A stretch of 35,687 nt of DNA from an uncultured Chlorobiaceae bacterium (lineage in GTDB: Bacteria > Bacteroidota > Ignavibacteria > UBA10030 > SZUA-254). Below the pieces are notes generated by a model. It worked only from the letters and a program-made list of their open reading frames with translations, did no database searches and was not told where the DNA came from. Shown here piece by piece: positions 1 through 8,790 of the stretch. Every line of letters begins with the position of its first letter. Positions within the stretch are counted from its first letter, which is position 1. The stretch covers positions 1-35,687 of the forward strand of contig CAYGZY010000060.1 of assembly GCA_964354485.1 (NCBI GenBank), given 5' to 3'. Both the position numbers and the translations under genes were made by a program.

Positions 1-482
1 GCTACCTTGTCGCATCATCCGTGGGATTGATGAGCGTTGGAATATTCGGCCCGAAGAACGAAAAAACGAAGGAGTATGCGATCAATCTCGGTATAGCGCT
101 TCAGCTGACTAATATCATTCGTGATGTTGCATGCGATGCACAATACGGAAGAATTTATCTTCCTCTCGAGGATATGCAAAAATTTGGATACTCTGAAAAC
201 GATCTCTTCGCTTGCCGGTACAATGAAGCGTTCGTCTCACTGATGGAGTATCAGGCAAGTCGTACCGAGGATTACTATTCACGGGCGAGAGAAAGTCTTC
301 CAAAAGAAGACCGGAGAGCCATGTTTGCCGCGAAGATAATGGAGAGGATCTATTACCATATGCTTATCCGGATACGGGAAAAAAGGTATAATGTTTTTAC
401 GCGCCCCATATCCCTTCCCAGATTAATTCAGATTCTCATCGCATTGAAATACTGGGTAAAGCAGCGGATCTTCGGATTGTGA
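1..482 (+). CDS. hpnD: Squalene/phytoene synthase family protein, C-terminal part (HpnD-like presqualene diphosphate synthase). The 5' end lies outside the window.
   Basis: The ORF is open from the window edge, in the same frame as track ORF 21..482. It contains LGIALQLTNIIRDVACDAQYGRIYLPLEDM, typical of head-to-head isoprenyl diphosphate synthases. A GTGA overlap (479-482) joins it to the downstream hpnE-like gene, matching the usual hpnC-hpnD-hpnE order. Confidence 0.7.
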   Translation, partial: YLVASSVGLMSVGIFGPKNEKTKEYAINLGIALQLTNIIRDVACDAQYGRIYLPLEDMQKFGYSENDLFACRYNEAFVSLMEYQASRTEDYYSRARESLPKEDRRAMFAAKIMERIYYHMLIRIREKRYNVFTRPISLPRLIQILIALKYWVKQRIFGL

Positions 483-1816
483 CAGATGTACTCATAATAG
501 GCGGAGGGCTAAGCGGACTCGCATCTGCGGTAAAACTGGCTTCGGAGGGGATACGTGTGCGTCTCGTTGAACGGTCTGTCCGGCTCGGTGGAAGATGTTA
601 CTCGTACAAGGATAATGCCACCGGAGATGTTGTGGATAACGGTCAGCATGTTTTACTCGGCGCTTACCACAACCTCCTCCATTACCTTGATCTCATCCAA
701 ACTCGACATCTCCTGATGAGTGAGTCAAAGCTCCGGCTTCCTCTGTATCATCCAGAAAAAGGCTTCGCTGAATTCAGTATTAAGCGACTGCCTAAACCTT
801 TCCATCTCACGGCAGGATTGATGAGCTTTCCGCTCCTTTCTATGACCGATCGCAGACGTATGATCGGGATCGGCCTGGAACTTCAGCGGCTTGATTCGAA
901 AACCGAAGAACGATTGAAAAATAAATCCGTCGATCAGTGGCTTACAGATCACAAACAATCGATTACTGCAAAGAAAATTTTTTGGTACCCAATAGCGTTA
1001 TCGGTCATGAATGAACTCCCAGAAAGGGCATCGGTACTCCTTTTCGCACGGTCACTGAACAAAGCGTTCTTCGGCACCAGATCCGATTCTGCAATTCTCA
1101 TACCGAAAGTCGGTCAGACCGAACTTTATGCGGATGGAGCTGTTGATTACCTTCGGGACAGGCACTGCAAAGTCGACATGAATACTGAAGTTCATTCACT
1201 CGTATGTGAAGGTGACAGAGTAGTCGGAGTACGACTTGCCGATGGCTCAATTGTGAAAGGGGGCTCCGTCATCAGTGCCGTTCCGTTTCATGGTGTTGCC
1301 AAGCTTCTCCCTCACCGATTACGGACAGCAGAACCGTTCAAGAATCTTGCCCGGTTTGAATCTTCTCCGATCATCTCATTTCACCTATGGTTTGAATCTG
1401 CTTTCACGGAAATTGATTACGTCGGTTGTATCGACTTCAGCTTGCAGTGGATATTCAACAGGCGAAAAATATTCGGTGAACCGGAACGGCTTCCTCTCTA
1501 CATTACAGCAGTAATCAGTGGAGCTCATAAGTACATCAATATGCAAAAGGAGGATCTGATCTGGCTGGCTCTTAAGGACATTCAGCAGATCTTTCCGGAG
1601 AGCAGGGGAGTGAGGTTGGTCCATTCTGTTATCATAAAAGAAAAGAACGCGACTTTCTCAGCCACGCCGGCCGTTGAATTCCTCAGGCCCACCTCTGAGA
1701 CTCCACTGCGCGGTTTCTTTCTGGCAGGCGATTGGACAGCAACCGGCTACCCTGCAACTATCGAGGGAGCCGTTCTGAGCGGTTTCAGGACCGCTGATAG
1801 GATAATGGACAGATAA
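479..1816 (+). CDS. hpnE: FAD-dependent hydroxysqualene dehydroxylase (amine-oxidase / phytoene-desaturase fold)
   Basis: N-terminal dinucleotide-binding motif VLIIGGGLSGLASA...VERS..LGGR, followed by DNGQHVLLG. C-terminal FLAGDWTATGYPATIEGA. GTG start overlaps the stop codon of the squalene-synthase-like gene. Confidence 0.8.
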   Translation: MTDVLIIGGGLSGLASAVKLASEGIRVRLVERSVRLGGRCYSYKDNATGDVVDNGQHVLLGAYHNLLHYLDLIQTRHLLMSESKLRLPLYHPEKGFAEFSIKRLPKPFHLTAGLMSFPLLSMTDRRRMIGIGLELQRLDSKTEERLKNKSVDQWLTDHKQSITAKKIFWYPIALSVMNELPERASVLLFARSLNKAFFGTRSDSAILIPKVGQTELYADGAVDYLRDRHCKVDMNTEVHSLVCEGDRVVGVRLADGSIVKGGSVISAVPFHGVAKLLPHRLRTAEPFKNLARFESSPIISFHLWFESAFTEIDYVGCIDFSLQWIFNRRKIFGEPERLPLYITAVISGAHKYINMQKEDLIWLALKDIQQIFPESRGVRLVHSVIIKEKNATFSATPAVEFLRPTSETPLRGFFLAGDWTATGYPATIEGAVLSGFRTADRIMDR

Positions 1817-2051
1817 ACTTTATTATGCAGAATGATGGGATATGATGGATATGATAAAAATATAAATCTTTTCGAATCGAGAATAACTTAAGATAGATAA
1901 TCGATAAACTGATAAATTTTGTAAGTTTAATTTCGTTCGCCGCGCGATTATGGTCTAATTATCTTTTCTAGATATTACTATTTGGTTTTTCAGCGGGAAG
2001 GTAGTAATTTATCACACTGTAATACATCGGGGTAGTATTGAAGGAGATTGA

Positions 2052-3326
2052 ATGCAAGATTTTTATAAGGAAATAGAGTGGAGAGGATTCGTTCACACGA
2101 GTACGCCGGGTGTTGACAAGCATTTACGTGCCGCGCCGGTCACAGCATATATCGGTTTCGACCCAACCGCTCCCAGTTTGCACGTTGGCTCACTCCTTCC
2201 AATCATGGGTCTCGTCCATTTCCAACGGTCGGGCCATTTACCGATAGCCGTATCCGGCGGAGGAACCGGTATGGTAGGAGATCCGAGCGGCAAGACGCAG
2301 GAGAGGAAACTTCTTCCGCTTGATGAGCTCAGATTTAATCTCGAAGGAATTCAGAAACAGCTTTCCCACTTCCTCGACTTTGAAATAAAATCAAATCCTG
2401 CGAAAATGGTCAACAACGCAGAATGGTTGACGACAGTTACACTCATGGATTTTTTACGGGAAATCGGAAAACATTTTTCCGTCAACGAAATGCTCGTGAA
2501 GGAGTCGGTAAAGAACCGTGTAGAACAGGAACAGGGTATGTCGTTTACGGAATTTACCTACTCTCTCCTCCAGTCGTACGATTACCTACAACTCTTCGAC
2601 CGCTACCACTGCACACTTCAGATGGGGGGGAGTGATCAATGGGGCAACATTACATCGGGAATTGACATCATCCGCCGACTGCGGAGTGCAGATGCTCACG
2701 CCATTGTATTCCCGCTCATTACAACGTCGGGCGGTGTTAAATTCGGAAAGACCGAGAGCGGGACAATCTGGCTGGATGCTGAGCGCACATCACCGTATCA
2801 ATTCTATCAGTTCTGGTTCAATACCGATGATCGGGATGCCGTCCAGTACCTGAAATACTTCACGCTATTGCCGCGGGAAACAATCGACGAGCTTGAACGT
2901 GCTGTTAAAACCAAACCTGAGAAGCGGGAAGCTCAGGTAGCACTCGCACGAGATGTGACTGGAAGACTCCATGGAGATACCGCGTTGGATCAGGCCGTGA
3001 AGGCATCTGCGATTTTCTTCGGCGGTGAAATTACGGAAGTGAGCGATAAAGAATTATTGGATATTTTCAGTGATGTTCCGTCGTGTGAACTGCGAAAAAG
3101 TATCTTTGATCCGGAAGGTTACCCCATTGTGGAGTTGCTCGTGACGTCAGGTGCGGCAAAATCGAAGGGTGAAGCTCGCCGGTTCATCCAGGGAGGAGGT
3201 ATTTACCTCAATAACCGACGGGTCGAAGAAGTGGAAAAGAAAATTGCACTCAAGGAAACAATTCATGGGAAATATCTTGTACTGAGACGGGGCGGACGTA
3301 ATTACTGGCTCGTGAAAATTCTATAA
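2052..3326 (+). CDS. tyrS: Tyrosine--tRNA ligase
   Basis: HIGH-type region PTAPSLHVGSLLP, KMSKS-type loop KFGKTESG, and a C-terminal S4 domain (KSKGEARRFIQGGGIYLNNRRV). AAGGAG at 2041-2046 lies 5 nt before the ATG. Confidence 0.95.
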   Translation: MQDFYKEIEWRGFVHTSTPGVDKHLRAAPVTAYIGFDPTAPSLHVGSLLPIMGLVHFQRSGHLPIAVSGGGTGMVGDPSGKTQERKLLPLDELRFNLEGIQKQLSHFLDFEIKSNPAKMVNNAEWLTTVTLMDFLREIGKHFSVNEMLVKESVKNRVEQEQGMSFTEFTYSLLQSYDYLQLFDRYHCTLQMGGSDQWGNITSGIDIIRRLRSADAHAIVFPLITTSGGVKFGKTESGTIWLDAERTSPYQFYQFWFNTDDRDAVQYLKYFTLLPRETIDELERAVKTKPEKREAQVALARDVTGRLHGDTALDQAVKASAIFFGGEITEVSDKELLDIFSDVPSCELRKSIFDPEGYPIVELLVTSGAAKSKGEARRFIQGGGIYLNNRRVEEVEKKIALKETIHGKYLVLRRGGRNYWLVKIL

Positions 3327-4597
3327 TGCAAGTTGCAGTACCTTACGGGTGTGGCCAGATCACACTGCAGGCCGACGAGCGAACAGCCGAATGGCACATG
3401 ATCAAAACTGAATCTTGTGAAGCATTAAAAGATCCCCGCCGCAATTTTACTGAAGCATGCCGCACTCCAATTGCATCCCCGCCTCTCCGTGATATCATAA
3501 AACCGACGGATCGCATTGTCGTTGTTACGTCCGACGGAACGCGTCCTTTTCCGAATGATATAATCATTCCCTGGCTCCTCGAAGAACTAAAGCTGGCCGA
3601 CGATAATATCACTATTCTGTTAGGTAATGGTACCCACAGAAAGAACACGCCTTCCGAAATTTTATCGATGTTTGGCGAGGAGATCGTACGACGCATTAAG
3701 ATCGTAAATCATGATTGTACCGAAGCGAATGACAATCGATTCCTTGGGATAACCGCGACAAACGGCAGAATATCGCTCAATCGGTTATACATCGAAGCCG
3801 ATAAGAGAATTGTGTTGGGATTTATCGAGCCTCATTTTTTTGCCGGCTTCTCCGGCGGCGCGAAGGGAATTGTACCGGCTGTAGCGGCTATGGAAACGAT
3901 TATGCACATTCACCGTACGGAGCTGATTGCAGATCCAAAAAGTACATGGGGTGAACTGGAACGGAACCCGATTCAGCATGAGATCAACGAAATGGTTTCC
4001 GCGTGTCCGCCTGATTTTCTGATAAATGTCACTCTCAATTCGGAAAGGAAGATAACGGGTTTTTACTGCGGCGATTACCGTAAGGCACATCTTCGCGGTT
4101 GTGCCGAAGTACTGAAACAATCCACGGTGACCGTAAATGATCGGTTTCCTCTCGTCATTACCTCGAACGGCGGTTATCCTCTTGATCAAAACCTTTATCA
4201 GACCGTCAAGGGTATCTCGGCCGCAGCCCGGATTGTGGAACCGGGTGGTACCATACTTGTCGCGAGTGAATGTCGGGATGGGATCCCGTCGAACGGACAG
4301 TTCGCCAACTTAATGTCGCAGGGATCAACACCGGTTGATATCCTTCGAAACGTCAATTCTTTGAAGGAACCTTCTATCGATCAATGGCAGGTGCAAATTC
4401 TCACAACAATTTTACAGCAAGCCGAAGTCAGACTCTTTTCATCGTTGGAGCCTGACGATGTACGCAGTTGCCATTTGCAACCGATAAGCAATCTGCAGGC
4501 TGAAATCGACAGGCTGATTCGTTCACATAGAAGGATGATGAAGGTGGTTGTCCTCCCCGATGGCCCGTATACTATTCCTTATGTGGAGGGGATGTAA
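3326..4597 (+). CDS. larA: LarA-family nickel-pincer-dependent 2-hydroxyacid racemase/epimerase (lactate racemase-like)
   Basis: LarA / DUF2088 signatures: VVVTSDGTRPFPN, LLGNGTHRKN, EPHFFAGFSGGAKGI and MHIHR. The ATG shares its A with the tyrS stop codon (TAATG at 3324-3328). Confidence 0.8.
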   Translation: MQVAVPYGCGQITLQADERTAEWHMIKTESCEALKDPRRNFTEACRTPIASPPLRDIIKPTDRIVVVTSDGTRPFPNDIIIPWLLEELKLADDNITILLGNGTHRKNTPSEILSMFGEEIVRRIKIVNHDCTEANDNRFLGITATNGRISLNRLYIEADKRIVLGFIEPHFFAGFSGGAKGIVPAVAAMETIMHIHRTELIADPKSTWGELERNPIQHEINEMVSACPPDFLINVTLNSERKITGFYCGDYRKAHLRGCAEVLKQSTVTVNDRFPLVITSNGGYPLDQNLYQTVKGISAAARIVEPGGTILVASECRDGIPSNGQFANLMSQGSTPVDILRNVNSLKEPSIDQWQVQILTTILQQAEVRLFSSLEPDDVRSCHLQPISNLQAEIDRLIRSHRRMMKVVVLPDGPYTIPYVEGM

Positions 4598-4630
4598 TGT
4601 TCCGTATCTACATCGTGATAAAGTGTGAGG

Positions 4631-5328
4631 TCTCGCTCCTATGGAGCTATACATCTTTTTAAACTTATGCTATAAACGTTTCGCTCCTGCGGAGCTCAAA
4701 CATTATAAGGGTTATTTTTTATTGTTCCGTTAGATACGAGATGTTTATAAATGTGGTGTCAGTCCCGTAGGCCTGCCCGCCAACCTAACTGATGGGCTGA
4801 TTGGCATGGACGACATGTTTATAAATTTGGAAGCAGTCCCGTAGGGACGACAGGTTTATAGATAAAAAAAAGAAGAATGCCAAGCTCCGTCAGGAGCGGA
4901 ACTATTATGAACCGAGATTATGATAAATAAAGGTAAACATTTTTTGTGCAAGATTTTGTGTCGCTCCTGCGGAGCTATCCGTTGGGTTATTCCTTTGTTA
5001 TAAACGTTTCGGGGCTGTCTAAAAAGTTCTTTCTGAACATTCGTGTCTTGGTGTCTTTGTGGTTATTGTTTTGAATTTGCATTATAATCAATGTTTTCAT
5101 TTACCACGAAGACTCCAAGAAATAGGAAGAATATTTACTTTTTAGTCAGCCCCTTGCATTGCATATGATCAGAGATTTTTAGTAGAATCCCGTAAGCTTC
5201 CCGCCTTCTTGAATGTGTGTACTGGTCGGCAAGAACGAGATTTTTATAAATCTGGAAGCAGCCCATAGGCTTACCCGCCTGCTCGAACGAGTGGGCTGGT
5301 TGGCGGGGATGAAATGTCTGTAGTGTAA
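4631..5328. repeat. Composite cluster of short interspersed hairpin repeats filling the larA-aroF spacer
   Basis: Family 1 is a GCTCC-N3/4-GGAGC hairpin module at 4635-4647, 4683-4695, 4963-4975 and, inverted, at 4884-4897. Two copies are preceded by TATAAACGTTTCG. Family 2 is an approximately 78-nt unit (GAGATKTTTATAAAT..GG..CAGYCCRTAGGC..CCCGCC....GGGCTGRTTGGC) at 4737-4814, 5171-5236 (diverged) and 5237-5313, with a truncated copy at 4815-4863. Units abut head-to-tail. The track shows no ORF of 60 aa or more except a spurious one overlapping the aroF start. Confidence 0.8.
5011..5153. repeat. 143-nt imperfect inverted repeat (two head-to-head copies of an approximately 60-nt unit)
   Basis: Left arm GGGGCTGTCTAAAAAGT...TCTTGGTGTCTTTGTGGT. 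The reverse complement of the right arm reads GGGGCTGACTAAAAAGT...TCTTGGAGTCTTCGTGGT. The outer 17 nt match 16/17 and the inner block of about 18 nt has 2 mismatches. Confidence 0.7.
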
Positions 5329-5399
5329 TTTCTCATCATTTTTTCTTATCTTTACCGTAATTCAATATTTATGATATTGCGTAACATAACTGAGTTTGT

Positions 5400-6428
5400 A
5401 TGATTATTGTTATGGCGGTAACTGCCGTTGAAGAAGATATTCTCCGAGTGGTTCAAAGAATAGAGGAACTTGGATTTAAACCGCATATTTCGAAAGGTGT
5501 CGAGCTTACAACCATCGGAGTTATCGGTGACGAAAGAAAAATGCTTCGTGAACAATTTTCTACACTGCCCGGAGTTGATAACGTTATCCCTCTTCTTAAA
5601 CCGTACCGGTATGTCAGTCGTGACGTTAAACCGCACGACACAATTGTGAACGTCGCCGGCGTGGAAATCGGCGGCAGGGAGATTATCGTTATCGCCGGTC
5701 CGTGTTCCGTAGAAAATGAAGACCAGATCATCGAAACGGCAACCATGGTAAAAGCCGCAGGTGCGAAATTACTCAGGGGCGGCGCATACAAACCTCGTAC
5801 AAGTCCGTACACGTTTCAGGGATTAGGAGAAAAGGGACTGAAGCTGCTGCTGAAAGCCCGCGAGAAGACCGGACTTGGTATTGTTACGGAAGTAATCGAC
5901 GTATCCGACGTTGATCTTGTGGCTGACTATGCCGATGCCGTGCAAGTCGGTGCTAGAAACATGCAAAATACCCAGCTCCTGAAAAAACTTGCGCGTATCG
6001 GCAAGCCGGTTGTCATTAAGCGAAATTTTTCTGCGACTCTCACAGAGTTTCTCATGAGCGCCGAGTATCTCCTATCCGGCGGGAATGATCAGGTAATTTT
6101 GTGTGAACGTGGAATCAGAACATTTGTAGAATATACACGGAGCACACTCGATCTGAACATCGTTCCTGCAATAAAGCGCATTTCACACCTTCCGATAATC
6201 GTTGATCCTAGCCACGGAACCGGGCGGCATGAATTAGTTGTACCGATGAGCCGCGCAGCCATTGCCGCCGGCGCGGATGGATTACTCGTCGAGGTACACC
6301 CGAATCCTCCCGATGCATATTCGGATGGCGAACAGTCGCTCTCGCCTGAAGAGTTTCAGACTCTCGTTCGACAAATTGAACCAATTGCATCTGCGGTTGG
6401 ACGGACACTAAAAGGCGGCAAGAAATGA
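5400..6428 (+). CDS. aroF: 3-deoxy-7-phosphoheptulonate (DAHP) synthase, type I-beta, with an N-terminal ferredoxin-like regulatory domain
   Basis: Catalytic core GPCSVENEDQ...KAAGAKLLRGGAYKPRTSPYTFQGLG...VDPSHGTG. About 80 aa of extra N-terminal domain, as in Thermotoga-type DAHPS. Confidence 0.9.
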   Translation: MIIVMAVTAVEEDILRVVQRIEELGFKPHISKGVELTTIGVIGDERKMLREQFSTLPGVDNVIPLLKPYRYVSRDVKPHDTIVNVAGVEIGGREIIVIAGPCSVENEDQIIETATMVKAAGAKLLRGGAYKPRTSPYTFQGLGEKGLKLLLKAREKTGLGIVTEVIDVSDVDLVADYADAVQVGARNMQNTQLLKKLARIGKPVVIKRNFSATLTEFLMSAEYLLSGGNDQVILCERGIRTFVEYTRSTLDLNIVPAIKRISHLPIIVDPSHGTGRHELVVPMSRAAIAAGADGLLVEVHPNPPDAYSDGEQSLSPEEFQTLVRQIEPIASAVGRTLKGGKK

Positions 6429-7876
6429 ATCCGTCAATAATAAAGAAAATTAAAGGAGTCGTAGGTCCTGATAATGTACTCGATTCACCGGAATCACGAC
6501 TTGCATTTTCGTACGATTCCTCACCGATTGAACCGCGTTTGCCTGATGCAGTTATTCGCCCGTCCACTCCGGCCGAAGTTTCGGAGATAGTCCGGCTTGC
6601 CAATGAAGAAAAATTTGCGATTATTCCGCGTGGTTCCGGGACCGGCTTGAGTGGGGGAACGCTTCCGGTTGAAAATTCGGTCGTCCTTCTGTTGAATCAC
6701 TGGAATCGTATACTTGAAGTTGATCAGGAGAACCTGACCGTCCTAGTCGAACCAGGTGTTATAACGGCTGCACTGCAGGCACATGTAGAAAAAAGCGGCT
6801 ACATTTATCCTCCGGATCCGGGAAGCGCAAGTATTTCAACTCTTGGGGGTAATGTAGCAGAGAATGCCGGCGGTCTGCGCGGATTGAAATATGGAGTAAC
6901 AAAAAATTACGTCATGGGACTCGAAGTCGTACTGCCGACAGGGGAGATTCTTTTCACGGGCGGGAAATCAGTTAAAGACGTAGCTGGCTACAACCTGAAA
7001 GATATACTTGTCGGTTCTGAGGGTACGCTTGGAATAATCACAAAAATACTTTTACGCATCATTCCAAAACCTGAAACTTCACGGACATTCCTTGCTTTTT
7101 TTCCCGCGATGGAAGATGCGGCACGGACTGTTTCAGCCATTATCAGCGCAAAAATCACCCCGTCGATGCTGGAAGTTATGGATAACACAACGATTCGGTG
7201 TGTAGAAGATTATACGCACATCGGACTTCCCGTAGAAACGGAAGCGATTCTTCTCATCGAGATTGACGGCAAGAAAGCAGTAATTGAGGAGGAGGGAATG
7301 CTGGTGCAGGCGATATGTAAAAGTAACCGTGCAACGGAGATAAAATTTGCGGAGAATGAAAATCAGGCAATACAATTTAAAAGAGCACGTCGTGCGGCAT
7401 TTGCTTCGCTTGCAAGAGCGACGCAGACAACGCTTACGGAGGATGTAGCTGTCCCGAGGTCCGAACTTGCCCCGCTCGTCGCCCGCATTCAGAAAATCGG
7501 AAAAGATTACGGCGTCCGTATAGGTACGTTCGGTCATGCCGGTGACGGCAACCTGCATCCGAATTACATGACGGATAAACGGGATAAAGATGCGTTCCGG
7601 CGTGCGGAGAGGGCGATCATAGAAGTGGAAGAAACCGCCATCAGCCTGGGCGGAACAATAACTGGAGAACACGGTGTGGGTCTGTATAAAAAACGGTTGC
7701 TCGAGAAGATGGTTGGTTCTCCGGCGATGTGTATGATGATGACATTGAAGCAAATGATGGATCCGATGAATGTCCTCAACCCGGGAAAAATATTGGATCT
7801 CCGGCCTAAGTGTGAGGGGCCTTTACCTACAGAACGCGAACAGATTAAGAAGTTTGAGGATGTCGCCTGGATCTGA
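6425..7876 (+). CDS. glcD: FAD-linked oxidase, GlcD family (glycolate oxidase subunit D / D-lactate dehydrogenase-like)
   Basis: FAD_binding_4 region (IIPRGSGTGLSGG), then GITGEHGVGLYKK and MDPMNVLNPGKI at the C-terminus. ATGA overlap with the aroF stop (6425-6428). Confidence 0.85.
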   Translation: MNPSIIKKIKGVVGPDNVLDSPESRLAFSYDSSPIEPRLPDAVIRPSTPAEVSEIVRLANEEKFAIIPRGSGTGLSGGTLPVENSVVLLLNHWNRILEVDQENLTVLVEPGVITAALQAHVEKSGYIYPPDPGSASISTLGGNVAENAGGLRGLKYGVTKNYVMGLEVVLPTGEILFTGGKSVKDVAGYNLKDILVGSEGTLGIITKILLRIIPKPETSRTFLAFFPAMEDAARTVSAIISAKITPSMLEVMDNTTIRCVEDYTHIGLPVETEAILLIEIDGKKAVIEEEGMLVQAICKSNRATEIKFAENENQAIQFKRARRAAFASLARATQTTLTEDVAVPRSELAPLVARIQKIGKDYGVRIGTFGHAGDGNLHPNYMTDKRDKDAFRRAERAIIEVEETAISLGGTITGEHGVGLYKKRLLEKMVGSPAMCMMMTLKQMMDPMNVLNPGKILDLRPKCEGPLPTEREQIKKFEDVAWI

Positions 7877-7908
7877 GGTGTAAAAAGGATCCGGCCGAGA
7901 TAACGCAT

Positions 7909-8583
7909 ATGACGACAGGTAAATCCTCTCTTCTCTACGTCGCGCAACCGCCGCAAATGGATCAGCATGGTAAAGCGCCCGCGCTCGTACTTCTCCACGG
8001 AAGAGGCGCCGATGAAAACGACCTGATGGGACTGGCTCAGTATTTTGATGAACGGTTGTTTATCATCAGTGTCAGAGCGCCGTATCCGTGGATGCACGGA
8101 CAGGGTTTCACGTGGTTTGATATTGAGGATATCGGGTCGCCGGACCCTGCAATGTTTGCCGAGAGCTATGCGAGGTTAATAAACTTTCTCCATGAAGCGC
8201 CGAAACTCTTTCCGATTGATCATGCCAGATTAAATCTCTGCGGTTTCAGTATGGGTGCGATGATGTCATACGTCGCCGCTCTCGCCGAACCTGAACTTGT
8301 AAACGGTGTTATGGCTCTAAGCGGTCTCATCCCTGAAAGTACCATAAAACCTGGTTACAACTGGGAAAAAGTTTTTAAAAAATCTTTTTTCATCGCACAT
8401 GGTGTCCATGATTCGGTAATTCCTGTTTCGTTCGGCCGGCGGGCAAAGGGACTGCTCACCGATGCCAAAGCTATCGTCACATACCGTGAATACGACATGG
8501 ATCATCAGATCAGTGAAGAGACGTTAAACGATATGACAAAGTGGGTAACAAATTTGCTAGACGGCAAAAGAATAATGAGCTAA
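7909..8583 (+). CDS. Alpha/beta hydrolase, phospholipase/carboxylesterase family
   Basis: LLHGRGADENDL, the nucleophile elbow GFSMGAMMS, and downstream HGVHDSVIP and YDMDHQI that fit a Ser-Asp-His triad. Confidence 0.75.
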   Translation: MTTGKSSLLYVAQPPQMDQHGKAPALVLLHGRGADENDLMGLAQYFDERLFIISVRAPYPWMHGQGFTWFDIEDIGSPDPAMFAESYARLINFLHEAPKLFPIDHARLNLCGFSMGAMMSYVAALAEPELVNGVMALSGLIPESTIKPGYNWEKVFKKSFFIAHGVHDSVIPVSFGRRAKGLLTDAKAIVTYREYDMDHQISEETLNDMTKWVTNLLDGKRIMS

Positions 8584-8779
8584 GAGCAAAGAGCAGAGAA
8601 AAGGAAATAGTGAGTAGTGATTGGTGAATATAGAAGGATTAATAATAATAGTAGTGTACGGTCGAAAGACTAATCACTAGTCGCCACTCGCTAACGAACG
8701 ATGACAAATGACTAATGACAAGTTACAAAGTCCCAAGTACAAAGTACCAATTACAAGTTACCAAGTACAAAGTACATCC
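8584..8779. repeat. Phase-locked heptanucleotide array (28 consecutive 7-mers) occupying the whole esterase-rhomboid spacer
   Basis: Read in 7-nt steps from 8584: gagcaaa gagcaga gaaaagg aaatagt gagtagt gattggt gaatata gaaggat taataat aatagta gtgtacg gtcgaaa gactaat cactagt cgccact cgctaac gaacgat gacaaat gactaat gacaagt tacaaag tcccaag tacaaag taccaat tacaagt taccaag tacaaag tacatcc. Most words differ from a neighbour at 1-3 positions, so the word drifts along the array. Confidence 0.75.
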
Positions 8780-8790
8780 TTTTCCGATTC

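Noticed and set aside
1817-2051. Possible T-box or other riboswitch leader in the 235-nt AT-rich region upstream of tyrS.
   Set aside because: There is no T-box consensus (AATTAGGGTGGTACCGCG-like) and no specifier/antiterminator architecture. The region is low-complexity AT-rich DNA with loose gata/gatat word repeats, more like a promoter/spacer.
4598-5399. Possible CRISPR array, given the many short repeats in a long non-coding gap.
   Set aside because: The repeats belong to several different families, occur in both orientations, are irregularly spaced, and are themselves palindromic hairpins of 13-14 nt rather than 25-40-nt direct repeats with unique spacers. No cas genes are in the window.
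5352-5636. A 94-aa minus-strand ORF spanning the aroF start region. Alternative-frame plus-strand ORFs lie inside the permease genes (22298-22705, 23032-23271).
   Set aside because: They overlap strongly supported genes, lack motifs, and have compositions typical of out-of-frame translation.
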